In this document: in pieces, positions 17,910 to 27,773 of the stretch
Layout of the letters: each line of letters starts with the position of its first letter
Numbering within the stretch: the first letter of the stretch is position 1
Program-made: the position numbers and the translations under genes
Source of the DNA: an uncultured candidate division Zixibacteria bacterium
GTDB taxonomy: Bacteria; Zixibacteria; MSB-5A5; GN15; FEB-12
Length of the DNA: 64,000 bases
Assembly: GCA_963735035.1 (NCBI GenBank)
Contig: CAVTJJ010000003.1
Span: forward strand, 1 to 64,000
Direction: 5' to 3'
Notes under the pieces: generated by a model
Told to the model about the DNA's origin: nothing
What the model saw: the letters and a program-made list of their open reading frames with translations, nothing else
Database searches by the model: none

Positions 17910-17949
17910 TGATATCAAATATAGTATCATTCAACTCCATGTCAATGGA
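17910..17949 (-). promoter_or_regulatory. TA promoter with palindromic operators
   Basis: TTGACA-N16-TATATT on the minus strand; inverted repeat TGATAT-N8-GTATCA (17910-17929) over the -10 and TCCAT-GTCA-ATGGA over the -35. Confidence 0.6.
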
Positions 17950-18101
17950 ATAAACGTCGAAAAATGAGAAAAAGTTCGCCTTTTCTGCGGTTAGCGTCAC
18001 CGGCGGGCTCTGAGGGATTGCAGATATAACGGGCTGTTAGAAGCTGGTGAGGCTTAGATTTGAGACTGGCCCGCTACCAAAATCATTGGTCGAGCAGCAA
18101 C

Positions 18102-18136
18102 AAAAAAAGAGACCGTTCGGGGGGTTGAACGGTCTC
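18102..18136 (-). terminator. Intrinsic terminator
   Basis: GAGACCGTTC...GAACGGTCTC stem followed by T7 on the minus strand. Confidence 0.85.
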
Positions 18137-18168
18137 ATCGTGAAGAGGTATATCACTAAGAGAAGGGG

Positions 18169-18627
18169 TCAGTTGGGATTCTTGCGCGCTAATTCCTCGA
18201 GAAAACCGCTGAGAGTTCTGGCTCCTGCCGTATCCGGATAGGAGGCGATTTCAACTGGAATGGCCTTGTCGGCGTTGTCGCCCAGCTTTTCGACCAGCCG
18301 GCTCCTGACAACGGTCGCCAGGCGCTTAGCGGCAGCTTCGGCACCCTGACGCGGCGTCTCCGGCTGTAGCACAGCCAGACAATGATTGAGCAGCATCGCT
18401 ACATGATCGCAGGCCCGAACCCGTTCTTTCACTTGATTGCTGACGTCTTGAAGCAGTTCCGCGGAGTTTCCGCCACCGTTTTCCAAGACAGCCCCAAGGT
18501 CGAGAACCGTAAGCGACACAAATACCCGATAGCGCTCGGCCCTATTGAGCTCGACCGTCACCTTCTCGGCAAATGCATCGCTACCTGCAAAATTCGCTGT
18601 CATTCTCGAACTGGCCATTTCCATCAT
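18169..18627 (-). CDS. Stand-alone degenerate GGDEF-fold protein
   Basis: ELNRAERY...SLTVLDL...VRACDHVAMLLNHCLAVLQPETPRQGA...IASYP; GGDEF motif lost, RxxD kept; start approximate (18627 or 18618). Confidence 0.75.
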   Translation of the reverse strand: MMEMASSRMTANFAGSDAFAEKVTVELNRAERYRVFVSLTVLDLGAVLENGGGNSAELLQDVSNQVKERVRACDHVAMLLNHCLAVLQPETPRQGAEAAAKRLATVVRSRLVEKLGDNADKAIPVEIASYPDTAGARTLSGFLEELARKNPN

Positions 18628-18682
18628 CCTGCTTCTCAAGAACTGCTGTTTAGTTCGGGCTATACTACTCCGCTCTTGGAAC

Positions 18683-18698
18683 AGCAAGATTCGTTCCA
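18683..18698 (-). promoter_or_regulatory. Putative sigma54 promoter of the degenerate GGDEF gene
   Basis: TGGAACGAATCTTGCT (GG-N10-GC). Confidence 0.55.
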
Positions 18699-19010
18699 GC
18701 AATTGTATAATGCCAATTCTAGGAAAAGGTTTCCTGAGGCGGCAAAAGTAGCCGACCTCATCACCCGTATCTCGTTGTCCGACTGTCAATAAGATATCCA
18801 CAGACGCTCTGGGGCCAAGCCAGCTTCCTGAGGCCGTCAGGCCCGGTATGCAGTTCGATGCTCAAATTCTGCACACAACTCCCCCGCCGCGTTAGACCGA
18901 GTTAGTCCATTTCACACTGGATACAAAACTGAACCGCTAAGAGGCCAGCGCCGAGCCGGCACGATTTAGGCGTGTTAGGAATAGCGAAGATCGAACGACA
19001 CCGACATCGG

Positions 19011-20447
19011 TCACTTGACCGCGTTCAGGTCGTAGTCTTTGATCTTATATAGAAGTGATCGATAGCTGATATCGAGCAGTTCAGCCGCTTTTCGTCGATT
19101 CCAATTTGTCTTGTTCAGGACCTCGGCGATCAGGCGCTTTTCTTCGCTGGCGACTTTCTTGCCGACCCGGCCTTTGAGCGAGTAACCGACATCCCGATCA
19201 TCTTCGGTCGCTGCGCCAACCGGCGCGAACGTATGCTCCGCAGATGGCCGTGGGTCCTCGGGGCGGGTCATATTCGCCGCCGCGGCGATTAGTTCGGCGA
19301 TGAGTTGCTCGTCCGAACGTACCACGACCTGCTTGACCATATTTTCGAGCTGACGGACATTCCCCGGCCAGTGAAACGCGATCAGACGCTGAACGGTCTC
19401 AGGGCTGAGACTGGCGTAGTTCTTATTGTAGAGCTTGTTATACTTGTTGAGGAAATGCGTCACCAAAAGCGGGACATCTTCCTTGCGGTCCCGCAACGGC
19501 GGCAGAATCAGCGTTATCTCATTCAATCGGTAAAACAGGTCATCGCGAAATTCCCGATTGGAAATCGCTGTTTCGAGGTTTCGGTTGGTGGCGCAGATGA
19601 TCCGAACATCGACCCTGATATTATTGATCCCGCCGACCCTAACAAACTCCTGCTGTTCGAGCACCTGCAAGAGTTTCGACTGCAGCTCCAGCGGCATATC
19701 GCCTATTTCATCGAGAAACATCGTTCCGTGATGGGCCGATTCGAATCTCCCCTGCTTGGTCTTATGCGCCCCGGTGAAAGCCCCTTTCTCGTAACCGAAT
19801 AATTCGGCTTCGAGAAGATCACGCGGAATCGCCGCGCAGTTCACTTTGACAAAGGGCTGAGCGCTGCGCGCCGACAATTGATGCAGCGAGCGGGCTGCAA
19901 TCTCTTTACCTGTTCCCGATTCGCCTCGAATCAGGACGGTCAATTCTGAATCCGCGACTTGTTCGATGATCCCTTTGACACGGTTCATCGGTTCCGAATC
20001 GCCTATGAAAGCGGAATAATCCGAGCGGGCTTCGAGCTCTCGCTTGAGCTCGGTAACTTCTTCCTTGAGCTTAACTTTCTCGACCACGTTATTGAGGTGA
20101 ATCTCGACTTCGCGCACATCAAACGGCTTGTCGATAAACTCCGCCGCACCCAGCCGCATCGAATCGACTACGTACTTGGTGCCACCGTGTCCGGAGATCA
20201 TGACGACTTCCGGGCGGCCTTCCATCTTGTTGAGCTTCTCCAGAACTTCCAGACCACTCATGCCGGGCATTTTGATATCCAGAAGAATCAGGTCAGGCTT
20301 TTCGGTCAAAACCATCTGGATCCCCTGAATGCCATCGGTGGCGGAGACAAACTCGAAATTCGATGAAAGCCCCTCGGACAGAATCCAGGCGATCTTGGGG
20401 TCGTCATCAATGACCAGGACTTTGATTTTGGCTTTTTCTCTAGGCAT
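19011..20447 (-). CDS. NtrC/AtoC-family sigma54 enhancer-binding response regulator
   Basis: REC (LLDIKMP), GESGTGKE, ELFGYEKGAFTGA, FLDEIG, WPGNVRQL, Fis-type HTH. Confidence 0.96.
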   Translation of the reverse strand: MPREKAKIKVLVIDDDPKIAWILSEGLSSNFEFVSATDGIQGIQMVLTEKPDLILLDIKMPGMSGLEVLEKLNKMEGRPEVVMISGHGGTKYVVDSMRLGAAEFIDKPFDVREVEIHLNNVVEKVKLKEEVTELKRELEARSDYSAFIGDSEPMNRVKGIIEQVADSELTVLIRGESGTGKEIAARSLHQLSARSAQPFVKVNCAAIPRDLLEAELFGYEKGAFTGAHKTKQGRFESAHHGTMFLDEIGDMPLELQSKLLQVLEQQEFVRVGGINNIRVDVRIICATNRNLETAISNREFRDDLFYRLNEITLILPPLRDRKEDVPLLVTHFLNKYNKLYNKNYASLSPETVQRLIAFHWPGNVRQLENMVKQVVVRSDEQLIAELIAAAANMTRPEDPRPSAEHTFAPVGAATEDDRDVGYSLKGRVGKKVASEEKRLIAEVLNKTNWNRRKAAELLDISYRSLLYKIKDYDLNAVK

Positions 20448-20547
20448 AGCGGTTCACTCTCATAGAGTTACTTATCGGCAACAAATTCTGCAAATAAAGT
20501 CAGAATCCACAGTCGTTGCCGAAAAGTCGCAACTGTGTGCACTGAAA

Positions 20548-22689
20548 TCAAGGATTAAGTGGGAAATAGAGCGAGACGGTTGTTCCCTTGCCCTCGGTCG
20601 ATTCGAGGTGAAGAGTCCCGCTGTGGGCCGACATCACCCGTTCCACGACCGCGAGACCAAGTCCGGTCCCGGTCTCCTTGGTCGTGAAATAGCGGTCGAA
20701 AACCCGCGATATATGCTCTCTTTTGATGCCGCACCCGGTATCGGACACTTTGACCGTGAGGTAGTTCTCGTGACGGTGGGGGGGGCGTTCGATTAGGCCC
20801 CCGACAGTCAGGCGGCCACCTTCAGGCATGGCATCGACCGCATTTATGAACAGGTTCAGGAAGACTTCCATGATTTGGTTCTTGTTGGCGATAACTTCCC
20901 AGTTGCCCTCGGTGAAGTCGCTGGCGAATTCAATCCGGCGTTTTCGCAAATCGGGCCCGACCAGTTCCGCGGCCTTCTGAACAACCTGCCTGAGATCCAG
21001 CTTGGCGGTCTCATATCGGTTCGGATTGGAGAAGTTTACCAGCTCGCGCACGAGTTCGTTCATCCGGTGGATTTCTTCCTCGGCCATATTGAAGAAATCC
21101 GAATTCGAAGTAACTTCCGGCCAACGCTGACGGAGAATCTGCAGTCCCCCTTTGATCGTGGTCAGAGGACGGCGAAGATCATGGGAAATTTCGGAAATCA
21201 TGTTTCCCATGGTCATCAAACGAGTAGCGTTCAGCAGGGCTTTTTCCTTTTCAAAGAGGAACGAAGCCTGTGAAATAACCAGCCGGGCCAGCGAGATATC
21301 TTCCGGCGCGTAAGGTCGGGCATCGTTGGCGCCAAAGTAAATGACGAACGCCAGCTCTCCGGTGCGAAGGATCGGAATCGCCATAAAGGCTTCCTGAGGC
21401 TGAGGAAAATGCTCATGGCCGCGGAGTTGTCCGGCGATGTGACAACTGAGCGCCGGGATGTCATCGAGCTGAAGTTTGTCGGGATCAACCTCCGAAATGA
21501 CGATCTCGTCGCGATTGATTCGCGCCAGATTGATCTTGCCGCTGTCGGTCAGGGGCATATCTGTCTTGCCCTCGGCGCCGACCGGAACCAGCGCCCGCAA
21601 CTGGGCGTCCCACACGAACCAGATGGCATAATCGATCTTGAAGGCGCGCCGAAGTTTTTCGACCAGTAGTTCACGGAAACTCTCCCAGGTATCGAGACCG
21701 GGTAGTTCGTGGGAGACATCGTTCAGGATTTCGTACTCGACAATTCGCCGTCGACTCTTCTCGAATTGCGAGGCATCGTCGACCGCCACGGCCGCTTGCG
21801 AGGCGAAATTGGTCAGCAGACGAAGGTCGTGCTCGGTAAATGTCTGACCTTCCCCCTTGTTGGCCATATTGATGACACCCAGAACGTTGTTCTTTATCCG
21901 CAAAGGCGCACAAAGAAGCGAAGCGGCGCCGTAGCGCTCCCGGTTACTCCGTTTGAAACGGTCGTCTTTTTCGATGTCTTCAATGATCAAAGGTTCGCCG
22001 GTCTTGGCGACATATCCGGCGATCGATGTTCCTACCGGCAGGCGCGTCTTGCGAACGATGTCTTCGTGAAGACCGATGGCGGCTTCAATGGTCAAGTACT
22101 CGCGCGCGGCATCGATCAGCATGATGGAACCGACACTGGCCTCTGTGACCGTCGATGCCAGCACCACGATCTGGTGCAACAGGTCCTTGAGGTTTACGGA
22201 TGATCCGATGGACTTGCCGGCCTGATAGAGTGCATCCAATTCGCCCACGCGCTGATTGAGAATCAGGTTGGACAGATGCAGTTCTTCCACAAGCTGCAGG
22301 CGGGCCAGTTCGGCTTCCCGTCTCTCGAGGGCCCGCGTCACGGACAACTCCAGACGCCCGAAATCAACCGGTTTGAGGAGGTAATCGTAGGCGCCCAGAG
22401 CGATTGCTTCCATGGCGCTGTCCAGCGAGGCGTAGCCGGTTAGAAGTATAACCGGGATGCCTTCGTCCACCTGCTTGACCGTTTTGAGAATCTCGATGCC
22501 GTCCATCCCGGGCATCTTGATATCAGTGATGACCAGATCAACTTTCTGGTTCTTGATAGCCTCGGCCGCCTCGGGGGCTCTCTGGTACGCGACCACGTCA
22601 TGACCATCACCGGCAAGAAGCGCCGACAGCGAGTCGCACATGCGACTCTCGTCGTCCACAATTATTATCCGGGCGCTACTTTTTGTCAT
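20548..22689 (-). CDS. Hybrid REC-GAF sensor histidine kinase
   Basis: N-terminal REC (ITDIKMP), GAF, H-box ISHDLRRPL, G-boxes DTGCGI / GTGLGL. Confidence 0.92.
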   Translation of the reverse strand: MTKSSARIIIVDDESRMCDSLSALLAGDGHDVVAYQRAPEAAEAIKNQKVDLVITDIKMPGMDGIEILKTVKQVDEGIPVILLTGYASLDSAMEAIALGAYDYLLKPVDFGRLELSVTRALERREAELARLQLVEELHLSNLILNQRVGELDALYQAGKSIGSSVNLKDLLHQIVVLASTVTEASVGSIMLIDAAREYLTIEAAIGLHEDIVRKTRLPVGTSIAGYVAKTGEPLIIEDIEKDDRFKRSNRERYGAASLLCAPLRIKNNVLGVINMANKGEGQTFTEHDLRLLTNFASQAAVAVDDASQFEKSRRRIVEYEILNDVSHELPGLDTWESFRELLVEKLRRAFKIDYAIWFVWDAQLRALVPVGAEGKTDMPLTDSGKINLARINRDEIVISEVDPDKLQLDDIPALSCHIAGQLRGHEHFPQPQEAFMAIPILRTGELAFVIYFGANDARPYAPEDISLARLVISQASFLFEKEKALLNATRLMTMGNMISEISHDLRRPLTTIKGGLQILRQRWPEVTSNSDFFNMAEEEIHRMNELVRELVNFSNPNRYETAKLDLRQVVQKAAELVGPDLRKRRIEFASDFTEGNWEVIANKNQIMEVFLNLFINAVDAMPEGGRLTVGGLIERPPHRHENYLTVKVSDTGCGIKREHISRVFDRYFTTKETGTGLGLAVVERVMSAHSGTLHLESTEGKGTTVSLYFPLNP

Positions 22690-24070
22690 GACTTTCTTTT
22701 CTGGCCGCCAAAGGTAATGCGATCTCGAAACATCCGCCGGGGGAGGCGTTTCTGTAGGTTATCGACCCTTTGTGACTTTTGATTATCCCCTGGCAAATGG
22801 ACAGACCAAGCCCCGAACCATGATCCCCTTTGGTCGTGAAGAACGATTCAAAAATACGCGGAACTATTTCATCGGGAATCCCCGGTCCGGTGTCGGCAAA
22901 ACGTATGTGCACCTGCTCGTCCTGGCACAGCAACTCAATCGTCAGATGCCCACCTTTCTCCATGGCGGCGCGAGCATTCAGGATCAGATTAAGAAATACC
23001 TGCCGAAGGTGGTCACTGTTCCCCTTGACCAGGATATGTTCCTCGGTGTAACGACGCAATACGGCTATGCCGGACGCGGTCAACTGGCGCGCTGTCAGCG
23101 ACAGTGTAGCGTCGAGAACTTCACGAACATCCACTATCGAATATTCCACTCCCGAAGGTCGATTAAACCGCCGAAGCTCGTCGACAATGCGTGCGATCCG
23201 GTCGATCTCCTGACCGGCGATATCGGCGTAGTGGTGGATTTTGGTCGGATCGTCACTCGAGCGCTTGAGCAGGAGCAGATAGTTCTTAATGATGCCCAGG
23301 GGGTTGTTTACTTCATGGGCGATCTTGGCCGACATCTCGCCCAGAGTCGCCAGTCGCTCGGCCTGAACCAATTGCCGTTGCGCGGCCCACAACTGCACGT
23401 TGGCCGCCTTCTCACCTTCGTATAGACGCGCATTCTCAATCGCGACCGAAATCTGATTTCCCAGCGACGAGATGAACTCGATTTCGTCCTGGGTAAACGT
23501 CCCCCCCGCGATCTTGTCGGCCAGCAGAAATAGTCCCGCGAGATGGGTCTTATATATGAGAGGGACCACCATGCCGTGTTCGAAATAGCCGAGAATCGCC
23601 GCTTCGCGCTCGGTAATTAATTCCTTCGACAGATCGGCAATGAAAATTGGGCGATTGAGACGATTGAGATACTTGACCAGCCGGCTATTGGTAGGAAAGC
23701 CACTTTCAGGAGGCGGCATTGTGCCGGAACCCTTGGCTTTGGCGAGACGGTACTCACGAGCGTCACCGAGCTCTTTCAGGAAGAGCGCCCCACGCATGAC
23801 GCCGACCTGACCCAGACAGGTGAAGATAAACGAATCGAGTAGGGTCTTGTAATCGAGAACGGCGCTGAAATTGCGGCTGATTTCGAAGATAGTATAGAGA
23901 TCGAATATCTTGCGCTTGAGCTTACGATTGGCGCGCGATAATTCTTCCAGCCGGGCTTCGGTGTCCCGCACCGGCTCGACCGGTTTCGTCTTGACGGCAG
24001 CGCGCTTCGTCGGACGGGCGCTGCCTGCGGCCTGCTTGCTCCTACCGCCGTCGTACCTGGCTTTAGCCAT
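22676..24070 (-). CDS. GAF-domain sensor histidine kinase
   Basis: GAF ending AIENARLY, IAHEVNNPL, DTGPGI, GSGLGL. Confidence 0.92.
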   Translation of the reverse strand: MAKARYDGGRSKQAAGSARPTKRAAVKTKPVEPVRDTEARLEELSRANRKLKRKIFDLYTIFEISRNFSAVLDYKTLLDSFIFTCLGQVGVMRGALFLKELGDAREYRLAKAKGSGTMPPPESGFPTNSRLVKYLNRLNRPIFIADLSKELITEREAAILGYFEHGMVVPLIYKTHLAGLFLLADKIAGGTFTQDEIEFISSLGNQISVAIENARLYEGEKAANVQLWAAQRQLVQAERLATLGEMSAKIAHEVNNPLGIIKNYLLLLKRSSDDPTKIHHYADIAGQEIDRIARIVDELRRFNRPSGVEYSIVDVREVLDATLSLTARQLTASGIAVLRRYTEEHILVKGNSDHLRQVFLNLILNARAAMEKGGHLTIELLCQDEQVHIRFADTGPGIPDEIVPRIFESFFTTKGDHGSGLGLSICQGIIKSHKGSITYRNASPGGCFEIALPLAARKESHDKK

Positions 24071-25358
24071 CAGTTCTTACCGTACCTGCTCAAGTATTCA
24101 CCGACCAGATAATGCGAACCTATCACCGCTATAATATCATCTGACCGGGCGATCTTCAAGAGGCGATGCCAGGCCGTTTCCAGTTTGGCGCAACGGGTGA
24201 CTGGAACACCATGCCAGTTGATTTCGCGCTCCAGCTCGGCCGTATCGACACTTCGCCCAGTGGCCAGCGGCACCAGCCAGAATCGATCGGCGACCTGCGC
24301 CAGATGGTCGATCATTTCCTGATGCGCTTTTCGTTTCACCACGCCTATGACAATCTGGCCTCGTTGCTTTCCAAAGACTCTCATAAAAGTATCGGCAAAG
24401 GCAGCCGCCCCGCCTGGATTGTGACAGACATCAAGAACGGTCGTTGGCCGGCGGCCATCACTGTACTTGATCTGAAAACGACCTGCCCAGGTAGTATGCT
24501 CAATACCCTGCTTAATGGCGGAAATCGGCAATCGCACGCCCTGAAGACGCAGAACTTCGACCGCCTTTAGCACGAGGGCGGCGTTTCGAAGTTGATGGGT
24601 CCCCTTGAGCGATGGCACGGTCTTGCGTACGCGAAGCGCTTCGGAGTGGAATTCAAGGTTCAGCTTATCGAGGTCGGCTGAGTAATCGGTCCGTTTGAGC
24701 GGCACAAGCGGCGCTCGGCGTTCGCGACAGGTTGCGACAATCACCCCACGAGCCTCGGGTGGAAGCAGGCCGATCACCATCGGGACACCCGGTTTGATGA
24801 TTCCGGCTTTCTCACCTGCGATATCTTTAAGGGTCGAGCCTAGTATCTCCGTGTGGTCGAAACTGATGTCGGTGATTACAGTAATCACCGGCTGGAGGAC
24901 ATTGGTTGCGTCCAGTCGCCCACCGAGTCCGGTTTCGATTACTGCAACTTCCACCCCGCTGCGGGCGAAATGATCAAACGCCAGCGCTGTAACTAATTCG
25001 AAAAAAGAGAGTTTTTTTTTACGAGAGCCGGACGGTGGCGGTCAATGAACCGCGCCACCGCCTGTCTCGGAATGAGCTCACCATCGACCGTGACACGCTC
25101 CCGGAAATCAACCAAATGCGGGGACGTAAACAGGCCGGTGCGATAACCGGCGTGACGAAATATCGAAGCCAGCATGGCCGACGACGAGCCCTTACCGTTG
25201 GTCCCGGCGACGTGAATCGTGAGATAGCGATGCTGCGGATTGCCCAACTCTTCGAGAAACCGGGTGATGTTCTCGAGGCCGAGTTTCATGCCGAAAAACT
25301 CACGCGAGAGAATGAATTTCTCAGCGCGAGGATAAGTGTGACGCCTCACTTTTTCCAC
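24070..25358 (-). CDS. folC: Folylpolyglutamate synthase/dihydrofolate synthase; apparent frameshift in an A9 run at 25012-25020
   Basis: IHVAGTNGKGS, FTSPHL in the 5' ORF; ETGLGGRLDATN in the 3' ORF; one extra A restores KKKLSFFELVTALAF. Confidence 0.9.
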
Positions 25359-26188
25359 ATGTACTCCAACAGGGTGATAATCGTGGGGCGAAGGTCTTTG
25401 CGGTCGACTACGGTGTCGACGAACCCTTTATCTAGCTGGAACTCGGAAGATTGGAAACCTTCGGGCAGGTCCTGGCCAATTGTCTGCTTGATCACACGCG
25501 GTCCGGCAAATCCCAGGAGCGCTTTTGGCTCGGCGATAATGACATCACCCAGCGCCGCAAACGAAGCCATCACACCGCCGGTCGTGGGGTTGACGACCAG
25601 AGAAATGAACGGAATCTGTCGTTCGGCGAGTACCGCCAACAGCCCCGAAGTCTTGGCCATCTGCATGAGCGAAAGCACTCCCTCTTGCATCCGCGCGCCT
25701 CCGGAGCAGGAGACGATTATCAGTGGAATGCGCCGCTCAACCGCCCGCTCGATTGCGCGCGATACTTTTTCGCCGATGACCGAGCCCATGGAGCCGCCAA
25801 TATAGTCGAAATCCATGATAGCGAATGAGAGCGTAATACCGCCCATGGAGCCGATACCGGCTATGAGACCTTCGGTCGGTCCCACGGCCTTCGTGGCGGC
25901 CCGGATGCGGTCCGTATACTTCTTGGAATCGACAAACTCAAGCGGATCGGCCGATTCGAGATTGTTGTCAAACTCTTCGAGGGCGCCGTCGTCGAGAAGA
26001 AGGGCGATATAGCGTCGGCATTGTATGCGGAAATGGAAGTTGCAGGCTGGGCATACCCAATAGCTCTGTTCCAGTTTCTTGCTGTATATAATCTCACCGC
26101 AGGACTCGCACTTGTGCCAGAGCCCTTCGGGGATATTCCGCTTCTCCTGCGCCTCCACCCCGGTCTTGCTTTTCTTAAACCACTCCAT
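25346..26188 (-). CDS. accD: Acetyl-CoA carboxylase carboxyltransferase beta subunit
   Basis: GLWHKC...CPAC zinc finger, GGSMGSV, SGGARMQEG, FAGPRVI. Confidence 0.97.
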   Translation of the reverse strand: MEWFKKSKTGVEAQEKRNIPEGLWHKCESCGEIIYSKKLEQSYWVCPACNFHFRIQCRRYIALLLDDGALEEFDNNLESADPLEFVDSKKYTDRIRAATKAVGPTEGLIAGIGSMGGITLSFAIMDFDYIGGSMGSVIGEKVSRAIERAVERRIPLIIVSCSGGARMQEGVLSLMQMAKTSGLLAVLAERQIPFISLVVNPTTGGVMASFAALGDVIIAEPKALLGFAGPRVIKQTIGQDLPEGFQSSEFQLDKGFVDTVVDRKDLRPTIITLLEYMWKK

Positions 26189-26191
26189 CGC

Positions 26192-26668
26192 TCACCGATC
26201 GCTGGGGGCCTGACTAACCCATCGTGTCATTGTCAGCGCATCTTCGACCGGACTCACATAGTATCTGCGGAGCCGATCGACGGTGCGAAATCCGGACGCC
26301 TCATAAAAGCAACGAGCTGCTTCATTTGAGACTCGCACCTCAAGGAAAATCAGCTCGCAATCCCGGTCTCGGGCCAAGTCTAAGATATGGTCCAGAACCT
26401 GCTTGGCAACCGATTTTCTGCGGCAAGCCAGGTCCACGGCCAGATTGGTCAAGTGAAGCTTATGATCGTCAATCTGATAGCAGGCATAGCCGACCATCTT
26501 TCTCGCCCCCACGGCGACCAGCGCCCCACTCTCGGAATCGTTCATATGATCTTCAAATTCATCGTCCGGCCACGGATCGGTAAAGACGCTCTTTTCAATC
26601 AGAGCGACCTTCTCCAGGTCATCCGGGATCATATCTCTCAACGTTACTTTCAATTCAGTTGCCTCCAT
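26192..26668 (-). CDS. rimI: Ribosomal protein alanine N-acetyltransferase
   Basis: LTNLAV...RRKSVA, LEVRVSNEAA, RRYY...EDAL; follows tsaB. Confidence 0.9.
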   Translation of the reverse strand: MEATELKVTLRDMIPDDLEKVALIEKSVFTDPWPDDEFEDHMNDSESGALVAVGARKMVGYACYQIDDHKLHLTNLAVDLACRRKSVAKQVLDHILDLARDRDCELIFLEVRVSNEAARCFYEASGFRTVDRLRRYYVSPVEDALTMTRWVSQAPSDR

Positions 26669-27341
26669 GGCGAAGATCGAACCTCACTTCGGCGATGGCT
26701 TTCTGCAGGTACACCGGCTCCAGGCTGGCCAGATCGGCCCGTTCACCGCGCAACAGTCGGTCGCGTCCAACCTGAAGGACATCGCCGGCGGTGTATTCAA
26801 GATGCTGAGCCGTCTGCTTCAACATCTCCGAGCCGAAATCCTCCGGGCTATACCCGATCGTATATACCGGGTCGGCGCCCACCGATGCGGCCAAATCGGC
26901 CTCGGACATAATCGATACATCCTCGTCCGCCACTTTGCCGTCACGACAGATGCCAACATAGAACTCGTCCTTGCGCGACGGAATCACGATTCGCGCTACC
27001 GCGTTTTCTAGACCGGCGGGGACAGCGGCTACTTCGAACATTGTGACTCCAACAATAGGAATGTCTCGTGCGACAGCCATTCCTTTGGCGACCGCCAGTC
27101 CGATACGGAGCCCCGTGAACGATCCCGGCCCGAGTGAGACTACAATTGCTTCCAGGTCATTGATCGAGAGTGCGGCCGAGTTGAACAGCTCATCGATCTT
27201 CTTCATGAGAATCTGCCCGTGGGTGCGCAAGACCTCTTCACGGGATTGCACCGAGCGATCTCCGCCAAACAAGAGCGCCAGGTTGAGCCGCTTCGTGGCG
27301 GTATCAATCGCGAGGATGTTGCTGTAATTCTGCTCTGACAT
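26655..27341 (-). CDS. tsaB: tRNA t6A biosynthesis protein TsaB
   Basis: ILAIDTAT, GPGSFTGLRIG, LEPVYL. Confidence 0.95.
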   Translation of the reverse strand: MSEQNYSNILAIDTATKRLNLALLFGGDRSVQSREEVLRTHGQILMKKIDELFNSAALSINDLEAIVVSLGPGSFTGLRIGLAVAKGMAVARDIPIVGVTMFEVAAVPAGLENAVARIVIPSRKDEFYVGICRDGKVADEDVSIMSEADLAASVGADPVYTIGYSPEDFGSEMLKQTAQHLEYTAGDVLQVGRDRLLRGERADLASLEPVYLQKAIAEVRFDLRHGGN

Positions 27342-27769
27342 TATTGCACCAGGGACAGTTCGATCCGTCGTTGCTGTTCGTCTATGATTGTAAACACCGC
27401 CAGATAATATCGATCCGGGAGCCTGTGTTCGGCTCGTTCGCCCCACTCGACGAACACGATACCGTCACGGCTTATAAAATCATCCCAGCCTATTTCTGTC
27501 AGTTCCGAAACATCGCCGACCCGATACAGATCGATATGATAGATCGGGGGGTTGCCGGCGTATTCGTTGACTATCGTGTACGACGGCGAGTTGATCAGGC
27601 TCTCATCGACACCCCGCGCTTCGGCCACCGCCCTTACGAACGTGGTCTTGCCGGAGCCGAGATCGCCTTTGAGAATAACGATATCCCCGCTGACAAACGA
27701 AGGGGCCAGCTTTTGCGCCAGCGCAACCGTCTCCTGCTCATTGTGACAAATGAAACTCAAAGCTTTCAC
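27341..27769 (-). CDS. tsaE: tRNA t6A biosynthesis ATPase TsaE
   Basis: GDLGSGKTTF, SPSYTIVNEY, HIDLYR, VEW. Confidence 0.95.
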   Translation of the reverse strand: MKALSFICHNEQETVALAQKLAPSFVSGDIVILKGDLGSGKTTFVRAVAEARGVDESLINSPSYTIVNEYAGNPPIYHIDLYRVGDVSELTEIGWDDFISRDGIVFVEWGERAEHRLPDRYYLAVFTIIDEQQRRIELSLVQ

Positions 27770-27773
27770 AACG

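Noticed and set aside
18699..18716. Second sigma54-like motif TTGGCATTATACAATTGC
   Set aside because: GG-to-GC spacing is 12 nt, not the required 10
25005..25022. Programmed frameshift or transcriptional slippage in folC at A9
   Set aside because: A homopolymer deletion error is more parsimonious given the many other indels in the window
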